A stretch of DNA of 64,000 nt from Eledone cirrhosa (GCA_964016885.1 OZ024747.1:85436001-85500000), one strand, 5' to 3'; positions 29,296-44,058 are shown, counted from the first letter of the stretch. Notes: generated from the letters alone by a model not told the origin. Translations and numbers: made by a program.

Positions 29296-29447
29296 TTATT
29301 TATTAGGTATAGGATTATCCAAGATGTAGTAATGGTTAATAACTACACTGGATATGGTTGACGTACGGTAAGAGGTTACTCTACGAGTTATGGAAGAATT
29401 GTTCAAGAAACTTAGTTCCTGATCCTTCAGTATTCCGGAGTGTATAT

Positions 29448-30213
29448 AAAGAATGAATAATAACAGGTAGACATCATAAAAAGGTAATTTATTCCGTGTG
29501 CTTACAAGTGTTTCCACGGTGGTACTGCAGCCTAGTTATGCTACGTGCAAATTCACAAGTACTTGCAGAACTCGAATATCCAATGCTGTGACCACTGTTT
29601 CCTCAGAGCAGAATGATAAATGTACAATGTAAATACCCTTAAGTGGGGTTGTTGGGGAAGATAGAGTAGAAAAGGAAGAGAGAAAAGTGGGGAAGAGGGA
29701 GAGAGAAAGAAAGATATGCAGGGATTGGAGAAGTAGGAGAGAGTGGCTTGTAGATATCTTAATCAAAATGTTATGGTAGGGGTTTTATTATACTGGTTAC
29801 TTTTGGAGAGATGCGTTGATAGTTAAGGTCGGAATTATTTATTGCCCCAGAGGGCAGGTTCATAGATGTTGAGAGGGAGGTAGGCCAAAGGTGAGAGAGA
29901 GAGAGTGTAATGGATGTAGAGAGAGATAGGTAGAGAGGGGACAGACAAAGTATGTGTGGTGAGTGAACTTTGGGTTTGTAGTAGTAATCTAGGAATTGCA
30001 CTGAGTTACCATGTATAGTGATAAGCAGTGTATTGTCTTGTAGTGTGGGGGGAAGAGAAGGTTGTTAGCTAGAAAGTGGTGTTATAGTTACGGGTTCGAA
30101 TGTTAAGTTATTTTATAGTGAGAGAATTTAGCTTTTAGTTTGTGGTTGCAGTATAATGATCGTTCAATTCTATCGTTAAGTAGTTTGTTTTTGGATTTTA
30201 ATATGTAAAAGAG

Positions 30214-30214
<1 letters not shown>
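29448..30214 (-). mobile_element. Penelope-like element 3' portion: ORF C-terminus, 3' UTR and pLTR hammerhead (29498-29610)
   Basis: 30213-30103 translates LFYILKSKNKLLNDRIERSLYCNHKLKAKFSHYKIT*, like the recalled PLE C-terminal LLNxRxE...CxH motif; downstream CTGAGGA...GAAAcacttgTAagca. Confidence 0.65.
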
Positions 30215-30261
<47 letters not shown>

Positions 30262-30433
30262 ATATATATATAATAAAGAGAGACAAACACAGATATATAT
30301 ATAATATATGCGTCCAAATCACAAGGGGCGTTAAACCGCCAGGGTGAAGAAAATACTATCTAGGAATAATACGGTTTGCTAGATTCAATTTAAAGGATAA
30401 ATTAAGACTTTCAAACCGAATCATGAATACTAT

Positions 30434-30510
30434 CAAATGCAGACAGCTTTTGGTAGAACTGTTTCGCAAATAAGTGGAGTTACAGGTCCGATTGCTCTTC
30501 AGTGGATCTA
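30434..30510 (-). ncRNA. Type I hammerhead ribozyme motif (GUC site)
   Basis: tagatcca-CTGAAGA-gcaa..ttgc-GAAA-cagtt..agctg-TC-tgcatttg; one mismatch in stem I. Confidence 0.72.
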
Positions 30511-30803
30511 CAGATTAGTAATCTCTTCACTCCTAAATATCTTAGAAGACTAAATTATGCGCGTGTTTTAAGAGAGAAAAAAAACGCACATGATATTCCG
30601 TACCTAACGGGTCAAGTAAAAACGTAGGTTACTAAAAATAGCAGCCAGATTCACTCGACATGTAAAGCTGGACAACATTTTAGGAGCTGAGTTTATCAAA
30701 AGTATATATTGAGTTAAAAACTCACAATAGTCCTTTATAATTATAATAGCTCAAGAAAAAAAAAATTTTCCGACCCTTTTGATATATATATATATACATA
30801 TAT

Positions 30804-30900
<97 letters not shown>

Positions 30901-31565
30901 TATATATATATATATATATTCAGTATACAAGGATGCAATATATATATAGTGATATTTATGTGTGTGTTTCACCGGTGAAATTAATTGATTTACCGAAAGC
31001 TTCCTACCTGGAGGATGAAGATCTGTGTTTACTCCACCATATGATTTCCTATTTCCTACACATCCCTTGTTTAACTTCGACTACAATCCACCTATAACAT
31101 AAATACAATTGTTCATGAGAGACACACCGATGACAAATGAATATATTGAAACGTGCATATCTACGCATGATGTATGTAGGTATGTATGAATATATGGATG
31201 TATCGGAAGCATCCGATGATATTGACAAGTCCTCCTTTTCGGGTAGTGTTTTCGATGCTCAGAGAGTGGGATTGGTCGAGTGCAAGGCCATTCCCCACTT
31301 AAAAAAACCTTCAAAGCACAGGCATTGCTTGTTCAGGATCTGTTACAGGTTCGTGTGGCTCACCTAAAAGTGCACCATTTTCTGTAATCTGACGAGCGAT
31401 TGCAATACTCTTAGCAGAGTTTGCAGCCATGATGTATGAATGTATGTATGTGTGTGTGTGAGTATGTATATATATATATGTGTGTGTGCGTGCGTGTGTG
31501 TCTGTGTGTATATATGTATATAAACACATACGCGCACACATACATATTTATATACATATATACGT

Positions 31566-31622
<57 letters not shown>

Positions 31623-32046
31623 TTGGCTAGTGTGTAGACAGAGGATAAACGCTGCCAACATGCTATGATTCATCCTCACAAGTTTCACAACATCAACACC
31701 AACAACACCAACAGCACCAACCAATCAATTCTGTTTGTACTTTAATCCTAGTTAAAAGCTCATATCTAAACATTCCCATCTCTTTCCTTTTGCCTTATTT
31801 CTAACTCTTATTGGAAATCGATCGTTTGCCAGCTTCGATTTCCTCGTGTAGTGTATAACAGAGAAGAAGGAAGGTAACACGAACAGAAACTGCCACCAGA
31901 GGGATTTAGTGACGGAAGACCCGTGATTCATACGGATTTATCGCGAAAACTCTTTCATCTCTCTTTTTTCCTCTCTCGCTCATTCTCTCTCATTTCCATG
32001 GTTTTCATTCTTCTTCCCATAAAAGAAAGAGTGAAAGCGTATGTGC

Positions 32047-32118
<72 letters not shown>

Positions 32119-32274
32119 TCATCTATCATAGCTATCGGTGAGATTTGTTACTCTAAACTTTCACTTGTCCACTCACAGAACACCAGTCATGTCTGATGTT
32201 CCTGTGAGTACCCAAGTGAGATTCCAGAGTAACAAGGCTCATTAAAGTCAAAATAAATCTCCTTCTCACTATGT

Positions 32275-34490
32275 CTATCACAAAAACTCTCTTTTAACCC
32301 CCCACCCCACCTCTCTGTATCTACTAAAACCAAACTCTCCCCCTCTCTATATCTACCACGATACCGACTCTCTTATCCCCTTCACTATATCTAACACTAA
32401 TACACTCATGAATATCTACACTTATCTCTCCCAATCCTCCTCTCTATATCAATCACCCCTAAACTTTCCCCCTCTCTATATATATCTTCAACCACCAAAT
32501 TCACCCCCTCTCTATATCTAACTTACAAAACACTCTCCCAATCTCCCTCTTTATATCAATCATCTCCAAACTCTCCCTTTCGCCATCTCTATCACACTGT
32601 CGTAATTGTTCTCTCTCTATCCATCACAATCTACCCCCTCTCTATCTATCACAATCCCCCCCCCTCTATATCTTTTATGGCAATGCCTCATCCAATCCCC
32701 TCTATATATTTAGCAATATTTATCTCTCCCAAATCCCTCATAATATCTACAATCATTGAAATCTACCTCTCTCTATCTCTACTACACAACACTCTGTTTC
32801 CCAATCCGCCTCTCTATATCAATTAACACTAAACTCTCCCTCTCTCTATATCTACTACACGGAACTGGAAGAGCAAACCGATGCCCTCTGACGGCATCCT
32901 CGGACGCTGGACGGAGGAACCGGTGAAGCTGCTCGGGGTCTGGTTCGGACCGGATTTCCAGGTGGAGAAAAACTGGGACGAGGTAACGGGCAGGGTGTTT
33001 GCATTCGCCCAGAAGTGGGCCGAGTGCAAACTATCCCTGAAAGGTCGAGCGGAGGTGGCGAACGCTTATATAGCGTCCGTCATTTACTACCGCTTGACCG
33101 TCGTGCCTTGCCCAGAGAAAACACTCGCCAAAATGGAGTGCGCGCTCTTCCGATTCCTTTGGAAGAAGCGGACTCCTTTGGTGAGAAGATCCATCTGCTG
33201 TCAACACCCTTCGAACGGAGGGCTAGGGATGCTGTGGCTGACGATGCGTAGACACGCATTAAGGCTACGGCACCTCCAGGTATTCCTCACAGGTCAGCCG
33301 GTGTGGGTCCTGTTTGTGAGACGAGCCTTTCCGAAACTTGTCTCACTCACCGAGCTGCAATCCTGGGTCAAGCAAAGACCGAGAAAAGTGGGTGACTGGC
33401 ACATTAAATGTGCCCAGGCGCTCACGGCCCTCTGGCAAGCGGATCCAGCAATCAGTGGAGACTCAACCTCAACATTCTATAGAGGGTTGGTGCGCAGTAA
33501 GTGCGACGACGCTCTCGGAGAGGCTCTGGGCATGGAGGAAGACGAGCTAGCCAGTCTGTTCGGTAGGATGTTTGGCCCGGGACCGATGGGCAACTTCTAA
33601 AAGTCCCTGGCTTGGCAATGCTACCGAGGAGCTCTACCCGTTTGGGACAAGCTCTACAGACACGGGCGCCCGGGTAGGGACCCCTCGAAGAAGATCTGTT
33701 CATGATGCGTGCGTGACGAGGAAACCGTCGCACACGCATTCGTACACTGCCCGGGCGTTGCTGACCTGTGCGGCTATGTAGAACGACTACTGTCGCGGGT
33801 GGGACCAATCTGGTTGACCACCGATAACATTGTCACGATCAAACCGCCTCCCCCTTTCAAAAACGAAGGAAAGGCGGTTTTCCTCTGTGTGATAGCCATG
33901 GCGAAAGAAGTTGTATGGTGGACAAGGTTGAAAGGGCTGAGGTCAGACACCTTTCTCTCCGGCCAACAACTGGTCTTTTTTTTCAAGTACCACTTTAGAA
34001 GAAGGATCAGAATGGAGAGAGAGGTGCTCTACCCCAGCAAGTTTTATGAAAGATGGGTGAAAGTAGCGAGAATGGCCCGAGTGAATGGGCCTTCTCTCTA
34101 TATCAGCTTGTAGGTGAGAGAGGAGAAGAATGAGAAGAGGAAGGATGCACCCGGTCTTTGTGCTCCTGAAGAGGAGGGTTGCACATTTTTTCGGGGGTGT
34201 GTGCGACCCATGTCAACGCCCCTCCCTATTGAGGACATCGATTGTTAAATTTTATTTGTTATATGTTTTTTACACGTCTTTTTAAATGTATGTAAACTCC
34301 CCCCTTTGTATTTGTCCCAATCTTTGATGCCCTGGTGGCAAATAAATAGAAATATATATCAATTACCACCAATCTCTCCCTCTCTCTATATATAATATAC
34401 AACATACTCTCCCAACCTTCCTCTCTATATTAATTACCACCAACATTTCACCCTCTCAATATCTACATCTATCTCTCCCATCTGTCTACA
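32275..34490. repeat. Degenerate ~30-bp pyrimidine-rich minisatellite (ctctccctctctctatatc core) interrupted by the Tx1 LINE
   Basis: Related units at 32275-32860 and 34333-34490. Confidence 0.7.
32860..34332 (+). mobile_element. 5'-truncated L1/Tx1-clade LINE: ORF2 thumb to C-terminal zinc knuckle plus 3' UTR, inactivated
   Basis: ORFs 32881-33600 and 33709-34113 share one frame broken by stops; motifs KLLGVWFG, W..KLSLKGRAEVAN, GGLGM and CxxC...EETVAHAFVHC. Confidence 0.9.
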
Positions 34491-34777
34491 TAACATGTAC
34501 ATAAATTGTAGCGTATACACAAATAGATGGCTTTTGATAGTATGGGGAGAAAAATATAATTATTGGTGGGGGGAGGACATGCCCTCCCCCCAAGTTCCAC
34601 CGCCCCTGTATATATATATATCGCAGTTTCTGTATAAGAATAGACATGAAATAATATCCATTATTACCTGCACCGACTACAACCCCATCACGTAATAGAC
34701 CTTGCTGTGCCCTTTCCCCTATACTCTTGCCCTTAAACTCTCAAACAATTCCCTAAAATGACGTGTTGTCACGCATT

Positions 34778-34853
<76 letters not shown>

Positions 34854-34984
34854 AGCAAAGAGATATTTAATTTGTTGGTTATACAACAAATTTATTTATA
34901 ACAGATTCGAAGCACTCTACATGTTTTCTGGAGTATAATATCAATGATATTAATAAATGGAAACTATATTTATAAAACCATATT

Positions 34985-35045
34985 TATTTTATTATATATA
35001 TTTCAAGGGTACCAACATTTTGGTACGCTCTCATCAGATAAAATA
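34985..35045 (-). ncRNA. Type I hammerhead ribozyme motif in pLTR-like module ~34853-35060
   Basis: tattttat-CTGATGA-gagcgtaccaa..ttggtaccctt-GAAA-tatata-TA-ataaaata; module ends in (TA)n. Confidence 0.8.
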
Positions 35046-35101
35046 CAAAATGTGTTTTATAGATAGTGACATACCCAAGAAATATATATGTGTGTGTGTG
35101 T

Positions 35102-35152
<51 letters not shown>

Positions 35153-35206
35153 AGCCTAAACTTTCTTTAACACTTGCATTAATATATATTTATCTCCCTG
35201 CTAGCT

Positions 35207-35293
<87 letters not shown>

Positions 35294-35327
35294 ATATACA
35301 TATATATACATATATATATATACATAT

Positions 35328-35392
<65 letters not shown>

Positions 35393-35900
35393 GTATATAG
35401 GTATATATATTCTTTTATTCCTTTGCTGGTTTCAGTCATTAGATTCTAGGTATGCTCGGACACGGCTTTATTGATCACATCGGCAAAACTACTATCTTTT
35501 CAACTCTACCACTTATTCTAGCAATCTCTGAAAGCACAACTGTATTTCAGTTTACCTTTGTAATTAATGGTCGTTTAGATATGCTTTTATTAGTTTTGTC
35601 GTGTTTAGTAATGAACATTAACTTTCTTAAGTGCAGTTATGAATCAGAAGATAAGCTTGACAAAATGCTGAAATGTTAATTGACGTTAAAGGGAGTGTTT
35701 GTTTAACAGTTGTTGTTGTAAATACAACGTAATTCTTCATGGCAACAATAAGGCAGATATCTACTCTATAATAAAAGATGAATCACTACCTCATTATGGA
35801 TAACTGATGCTGTACACCAGGTCCCGACACAGAAGAGCCGAACTCCCACTGTCGTCACCTCCATCTCTCTCGCCCTCCCCACCTCTCTCTTTATTATAAG

Positions 35901-35974
35901 CAAATGGGACCCCACGTGCTGGCCGGGCCACGGCCCCGGTGGACAGAATGGAGAAAGTGTTTCCCCAGAGGATG
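35901..35974 (+). CDS. Candidate 74-bp internal exon of an unknown gene
   Basis: GC-rich island bounded by ctctctttattataag| and ATG|GTAAGG; open in all frames; no homology recognised. Confidence 0.25.
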
Positions 35975-36203
35975 GTAAGGGAGATGCGCTGGAAAAGGAA
36001 GTGTTGTTGCTTGAAACTGGACAGATGAAAGATACAAATAAAAGAATATGAAAAATATTAATACAAAACTACTCGAAAGTAGCTGTTTTTAAGGTAATTC
36101 ACACATATTCACACACACTCACTTACACGCACATACACATAAACACAAGCACACAAATTCGCACGCTTTTACACACAAATATATATGAATGTACGTATGT
36201 ATA

Positions 36204-36268
<65 letters not shown>

Positions 36269-36470
36269 GTAAAACGTAAACAGAAATAACAACACAATCG
36301 GTACACTATATGGAAGGAATATATTAGGTTAACGCTTAAAATAGCAGGAAGAGGGTCTTCATGTTTCGTACGCTAGTCCATCATCAGAAGAAAGAATGAG
36401 AAATTAGATACATTGTAGGGACGAGCGGGTTGGAATTGGAAAAAATGTCTTTAGATAAAAATAACAGGTC

Positions 36471-36578
<108 letters not shown>

Positions 36579-37021
36579 GAGAAAACTCATCGCTAGAACA
36601 GCCGCGAAAACAGCTAAATGCTGTCAAGGACAGCGATGGGCAAAGATGCCTTAGAGGACAGAGACCAGTGACCAGTGGTCAACAGAGAAACAATCCACAA
36701 GGTGGGTGACATTTGCCTGTCACCCATCTTGTGCATTGTCATTCTTTTATATCGAACAATAATAATATTCGATTCGTTTGCAAGTAAGCAGCCTCATTAC
36801 GCTGTAATTTAGACAACCATCGTCATCGTTTCGTTCTAGCGATGACAGATAGAAACAAACGACATTAATATTATATAAGGGTTATCGCCCTTTGTCCTTT
36901 GTCCATAAAACCGCTCGGTATGCAAATTAGGCTAATCAGTCGATGTATACTTTAGAGAATACTATATATTCTCAAGAGTTCTAGTGTGTGACAGAGATGA
37001 GAGATACACAACTAATTTTGA

Positions 37022-37094
<73 letters not shown>

Positions 37095-37466
37095 AACATC
37101 ATAAATTATCGAGATTCGCATTTCGGCTAACGAAAAACAACCTCCGAGATGTGAGGCAAGTGCTCAATGATTCAGATGAACCAGAGCTATAACAAACGTT
37201 AAAGGCCAAACACACTGAATATATATATAATTTTATATACCTCTGATTAATAATTATTTGCTTTCACCACTTGTTTTCATTTTCATTTTTTAACCCACAT
37301 TTTAATTTTTTTTCCTTCCCACTTTTCTCCTGACGAAGGGCTTATGACCGAAACGTCGTCCCCCACCCCCACAGCTGTTCCGTATAACCATGTCCATTAC
37401 GAGTTGAGGATCCGCTAAGGTGAAACAATTGTTCTCGGTATGGTGAACTAACTGTTGTGTAACCAC

Positions 37467-37522
<56 letters not shown>

Positions 37523-38362
37523 CCAGGTTAGTTTAAACCCTTCTTTATCTATAGATGATGTGTTGTGATATATGTAGGCCCAGTGCCTTCGGTCGTTTTT
37601 CTTGGTGTCACACTTTTTAACTGTTGTATTTACTCTGGACGTTAAAGTATTGACTTTTCGCTCCATTGAGTGCTTTGTGATTTCCACAAACAAATCGAAT
37701 AGTACTTATTGTGCGGCAGCTACAACTTGATTATATTTCATTATTGAATGTTTGCAAAGTTGTTTAGCTGCTCTACAAAACCTGATCAATTGAACACACA
37801 AACTAATTATTAGTAAATAGAAAAGCAGACTGCACAATAATCGATATTCTATACATCACTTTAATATATATATATATGACCAACTTATTTGTATTTATTT
37901 CTCTTTCAAGTAGTTTAATGGATATTTATTGGTTGTGATAATGTTTGTTGTTGTGGTAGTCCTGGTGATGGTGGCGGTGGTGGCGGTGGTCCTGATGGTG
38001 GCATCGGTGGTGATGGTGATGGTGTTGGTGGTGGTGGTGATGGTGGTGATGGTGGTGGTGGTGGTGGTGGTGGTGTTGGTGTTGGCGGCAGTGGTCCTGG
38101 TGGTGGCAGCGGTGGTGGTGTTGGTGGTGGTGATGGTGGTGGTGGTCCTGGTGGTGGCACCGGTGGTGGTGGTGATGGTGGTTTTGATGTTGGTGGTGGT
38201 GGTGATGATGGAGGTAGTGGTGGTGGCGGTGGTCCTGGTGGTGACAGCGGTGGTGGTGGTGGTAGTGAGGCTGATAGTGATGGTGTTGGTAGGGTGTTAA
38301 TGAAGATGGTCGTGCAAACCGTGATGGGTGTGGTGGCGGCAGTGGCGTGACGGTTGTAGTAA

Positions 38363-38429
<67 letters not shown>

Positions 38430-38755
38430 TGTAGTAGTAGTAGTGGTAGTAGAGATGGTGATAGTGGTAGTTATGGTGACGGCGGCGGCGTCGAAGTAGT
38501 AGTGGTAGTAGAGATGGTGATGGTGGTAGTGTTGTTGTTGTTGTTGTTAGTGGTGGTGGTGGTGGTGGTTTTGGTGTTTTCTGATGAAGAGTGGCGCTGA
38601 TAGTAGGGATGGAAGTGGGAATCTCTCTGCCGAGTCTGCCAGAAAATTACCTTCCGTTTAAGGGCATCGAAACCCATGAAACAAACAGAAACTCTAAAGA
38701 GGTTTCCGAAATAGTAAAATACATTGGCCATTACACGATAAAATGATATGTATAT

Positions 38756-38790
<35 letters not shown>

Positions 38791-38829
38791 CACACTCACA
38801 CACACACATATATATGTATTAATAATTAA

Positions 38830-39265
38830 GGGTGCTGCGATCGAATCTGGCTTTTTAGACCAGCCAATGATCTAAAATGTCTTGCACAGAGTTGGCAACG
38901 ATAAAAACATTCACTGGCAATAGCCAGCTGTGGTTGGTCGTCATGTACTTTTTGCATGTCGTTTGAGCCCTCCTGCTGATCTACACTCTTTTCCACAGGC
39001 TTGACAGGTATGGTGAGTAGCATCTCCGATAGCACCCATTCCGAGATCGGGGTAGGGCTATCAAATGACATCAGCGTGATATCTGGGGGTGCTGCTGCGA
39101 ACGGATATGGTCTTTTAAGTCTGCAGTGACTTACAGCGTTTTGCACAAAAGTTGGCACATGCGCAACGCAATCTATTATTGGCATCTTGAGACACATTAC
39201 GCACTTTAATGTGCTTTTTTAAGCCGCCAGCATACCTGCATTCCTTGTCACAGGTTCTGCATAAG
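38830..39265 (-). pseudogene. Degenerate C2H2-like zinc-finger remnants, probably retroelement-derived
   Basis: CRTCDKECRYAGGLKKHIK and CQLCARHFRSLAGLKSQIRSQH in two broken ORFs; no TGEKP linkers. Confidence 0.5.
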
Positions 39266-39690
39266 TATGTTGTATTTCCGGTCATAGTAATTTGATAATT
39301 ATAAATAGTTACGGTCGTTTCACAGATGGGTGGCTCAGGATCTATATCAATGCTATAGTCCTGACTCCAGCCCGGATAAGATTTTGGCTCTGCTTTAGTC
39401 TTCAAATTTATTATTATTACTATTTGGCTCCCTCGGTTGAGCACTCTATTGACTTATATTCATCATGCAGAAACAACATCTGAATATTTCTACAAAGAAC
39501 ATACCCGTACCAAGCAGGAAAACATACCTAAAACTCCTGATATTGTTTTTCACCGCTCCAAATAATGATTCGTTTTTTCCCGTTCTTTGCCAGGGAACGT
39601 TACCACGAACCAAAGTATCGTCTTCCTGTCTTCCTCCGGTTGCAACTTTTTTTGAAATATCCACTTCTGCGTTTACAGATTGACTTTGTT

Positions 39691-39741
39691 AGTTTCAGAA
39701 GATCCCGTTAAGGGTGAAAGCAGCGATTCTTTGCTTAAACT
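39691..39741 (+). ncRNA. Hammerhead-like motif with CAGAAGA core variant; second copy on - strand at 28125-28173
   Basis: agttt-CAGAAGA-tccc gttaa gggt-GAAA-gca..tgc-TT-aaact; stems I-III pair. Confidence 0.55.
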
Positions 39742-39800
39742 TTAATCTGTTATTTTAATAAATATAAATAAATATATACATTTATTTACTTATTTATTTA

Positions 39801-39892
<92 letters not shown>

Positions 39893-40111
39893 TGTATTCA
39901 ACAACACGAATGTACAGGCATAAAAGTACAACAGCAGTTGAATGAATGACGACATCTTTCTATATTTATATCTACATGTACAGGCATAAAAGTACAACAC
40001 CAGTTGAACGAATGACGACATCTTTCTATATTTATATCTACATGGGTAATACCCACTCTCTTTCTCCCTCTCTCTCTATCTCTATCTCACTCTTATATAT
40101 ATATATATATA

Positions 40112-41301
40112 TCATAATCTATAAAGCTCAGTGTGTGGTCATGCTCCTTTCTTATAGAAATCTACGATATAGAATTTCATCAATTGAAATTTACAATTCA
40201 GTATTCGTAATAGCATCGATTGCGTCTTGGCACATCTAATTTTTTCAATTTCACCTACAATTACGCAAAAAATAGATAAAACTCAATACTTTACGATTTT
40301 CCTCTGTCATTTAAACTGCTAAACTCTTTCCACTACCATTCAAAATCTATACAACTTCATACTTTCTGCTACTTTCTCTTTCAAAGCTTGATGGTGATAC
40401 TGTCCGTTTTACTCTCTCATATCATCTGACAACGTGCGTGATTGCCGAAAAGAGAGAGAGAAGAGAGTGAGAGGGAGAGAGATAGAGATAGAGAACGTTT
40501 ATTATTACATAAAGTACCAGTAATGTACTGTGTAATTGCTGGCCTTGTGCCAAAAAAGTAGAAACAATTATTACATTTCATACGAAACGACAATTATTCA
40601 AAAGCAACAGATACATTTATTCAACAACAAGCGATAAATCTTTTTTAAAACCTCTTTTCCAAACGCATACAAACACACACTCACTTCAACAACAACAACA
40701 ACAACAATCTGACTTTTATAGATAATGATAAACAATAATATCCTCTATGAGGTCACTAAACCTGCTAGAAACAGCAGCTAACTCTCCCCCATACCACACC
40801 CCTCCCTACTGTCTTAAATTTAGAAAACATATCTTCTATGAGGTCACTAAACCTGCTAGAAACAGCAGCTAACTCTCCCCCAGATCACACCACTCCCTAC
40901 TGTCTTAAATTTAGAAAACACATATCCTCTATGAGGTTACTAAACCTGCTAGAAACAGCAGCTAACTCTCCCTCATATCACAACCCTCCCTACTGTCTTA
41001 AATTTAGAAAACACACAGACAACCATGCAGAACAACTCCATCGCAGCTCTGTTGTTCGGCTGGCATCGTCTACGCGCGTGTTGCGCAAGTACTTTGAAAC
41101 AATAAATTTCAACACTTTTTTGCACAGAGATAATATCTATAGGCGAACCTACAATTGTCACTGCTGGCGCAGCTCCTGCTTCCAGGTCTGCAATTCATTC
41201 ACCCAGTGCCTGGCAGACAAAAAAGTGCTGCCATAAAATGGGTGGTGCAACCTAACTTTGGTAACTTACTGACCCCGAGCAACGCCGGGCTTTAATGCTA
41301 G
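40112..41301 (+). mobile_element. Non-autonomous Helitron inserted in (TA)n
   Basis: 3' hairpin cccgagcaacgccggg (41274-41289) then CTAG|T; putative 5' A|TC at 40112 (5' end less certain). Confidence 0.7.
40742..41012 (+). repeat. Three tandem ~93-bp copies of a SINE-tail-like unit inside the Helitron
   Basis: ctatgaggt(c/t)actaaacctgctagaaacagcagctaactctccc...tgtcttaaatttagaaaac three times. Confidence 0.85.
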
Positions 41302-41318
41302 TATATATATATGCATGT

Positions 41319-41422
<104 letters not shown>

Positions 41423-41547
41423 GTATATATATATATGTATATATATGTATATATATATATATATATGTATGTACATGTATATATATATATATATATATGT
41501 ATATGTAAATATACATGTACATACATATATATATATATATATAAATG

Positions 41548-41703
<156 letters not shown>

Positions 41704-41770
41704 ACCCACACAGAGAAAGCCTTAAGCGATACTCCGACCAACTCCATATATATATATACATATATATATA

Positions 41771-41830
<60 letters not shown>

Positions 41831-41869
41831 AGTGTATACATGCATATATATATATATATATATATATAT

Positions 41870-42059
41870 AACGAAGGAAATGTGGTAAGGAACCAGGTGG
41901 ACCATAACTCACCAAAGTACTCAATACTTAGGGTAGTAGAGTGGGTAATAGGAACGAGTAGGACCCCGACGGCTGAGCTCAAGCCGTTTCGACGGCTAAT
42001 TCTGGACCAGAATTAGCAGTCGAAACGGCTTGAGCTCAGCCGTCGGGGTGCTACTCGTT

Positions 42060-42062
<3 letters not shown>
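41870..42062. mobile_element. Fold-back PLE-like terminus with 3' half hammerheads, between (TA)n tracts
   Basis: Palindrome centred on tctggaccaga; each arm reads GAAA-cggct..agccg-TC-ggggt. Confidence 0.7.
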
Positions 42063-42097
<35 letters not shown>

Positions 42098-42565
42098 AGT
42101 GAGATAGAGATAGAGAGAGAGGGGGAGAAAGAGAGTGGGTATTACCCATGTAGATATAAATATAGAAAGATGTCGTCATTCATTCACCTGCTGTTGCACT
42201 TTTATGCCTGTACCTGTTGTTGAATACACTCTCACACATGTACACATGTACACACACACAGACACACGCGCGCATAGACATGTACTCACACACACACATA
42301 CAGATGTAGACACAGGCACACACATGTATACGCATGTACACACAGACATACATACACATTAATACCCAAACATACACACAAGTATGTATATATATACTTA
42401 TATATATATATATATAAGATCAATAAAACTCACCTCCTACATATATATATTTATATGTACATGGGTAATACCCACTCTCCACCCCCCACCACCCACCCCT
42501 CTCTATCTCACTCTTATATATATATACCTTCCGTACCGATTGTGTTGTTATTTCTGTTTACCTTT

Positions 42566-42612
<47 letters not shown>

Positions 42613-42699
42613 ACAGGGAGAAAAAGACGATTATTAGGAAGAAAAATATATTTTTTTCCTTTTTTATATATATATAATATATATATATAAATATATATA

Positions 42700-43635
42700 A
42701 ATGTAAGTATGTATGTATACGTACATACATATATGTATACAGACGTACAGTAGCATGCATATATATATATATATAGATACAGGTACACATATATATATGT
42801 ACGCATCAGTTTAGCGGACGTTTATTATAACGCCCGCTTTGTCCGTTTGTAAACAAACGGACAGCCTGATTTATGCCGTACGGTGTTAAGGCAACCACGT
42901 CACCTTTTTGTTCAACACTGACACAGGAACGATGTACTAGTTTCAAGCTTCTTAGCTATCATCAGCACCGTATACCCTTCTGCCAGATGGTTGAACGTTC
43001 GAAAGTATATACTTTCCTTATGAAAATTAACGGCTGAGCGGCCTAATTTGCATATCGAGTGAGTTCAGTCGGCCAGGCGCACCGAAAACGATAAGTTGTA
43101 ATAGAATGAAACGAAATTTCATTTCTCACTCTTAGTACGGCACTTACTTAAATGTAAGTATGTATGTATACGTACATACATATATGTATACAGACTGCTA
43201 TATATGCATGCTACTGTACGTCTGTATACATATATGTATGTACGTATACATACATACTTACATTTAAGTAAGTGCCGTACTAAGAGTGAGAAATGAAATT
43301 TCGTTTCATTCTATTACAACTTATCGTTTTCGGTGCGCCTGGCCGACTGAACTCACTCGATATGCAAATTAGGCTGCTCAGCCGTTAAATTTCATAAGGA
43401 AAGTATATACTTTCGAACGTTCAACCATCTGGCAGAAGGGTATACGGTGCTGATGATAGCTAAGAAGCTTGAAACTAGTACATCGTTCCTGTGTCAGTGT
43501 TGAACAAAAAGGTGACGTGGTTGCCTTAACACCGTACGGCATAAATCAGGCTGTCCGTTTGTTTACAAACGGACAAAGCGGGCGTTATAATAAACGTCCG
43601 CTAAACTGATACGTACATATATATATGTGTGCCTG

Positions 43636-43689
<54 letters not shown>

Positions 43690-43797
43690 TGCTACTGTAC
43701 GTCTGTATACATATATGTATGTACGTATACATACATACTTACATTTAAGTAAGTGCTGTACTAAGAGTGAGAAATGAAATTTCGTTTCATTCTATTA
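42700..43797. mobile_element. Retrozyme/PLE-like ~480-bp unit in inverted plus partial tandem arrangement, with hammerheads at 42929-42971 (-) and 43444-43486 (+)
   Basis: acggtg-CTGATGA-tagctaagaagctt-GAAA-ctag-TA-catcgt; arms ~42780-43195 and 43220-43637; unit start gcatgctactgtacg recurs at 43206 and 43687. Confidence 0.78.
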
Positions 43798-43993
43798 TAA
43801 ATATATATAAATATATATATAAATATATATATATATATATGCAGATGTTATATTTAATTTGTTGGGATTAAACAAGCTTAAACACTATGACTTACTAAAG
43901 TAAACAAACCACTATCCGGATGGCCTCCAAAAACAACGGTCACCTTTTTGAAAGGGTATGGCAATTATCTATTTGTAAAACTGTTATATATTG

Positions 43994-44058
43994 TATTTTG
44001 TCTGATGAAGGCATACCATGATTTAACTTGGTATCCTTGAAATATATATAATGAAATA
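43994..44058 (+). ncRNA. Type I hammerhead ribozyme motif in pLTR-like module ~43880-44190
   Basis: tattttgt-CTGATGA-aggcatacca..tggtatcctt-GAAA-tatata-TA-atgaaata; same family as 34985, 57988 and 61056. Confidence 0.78.
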
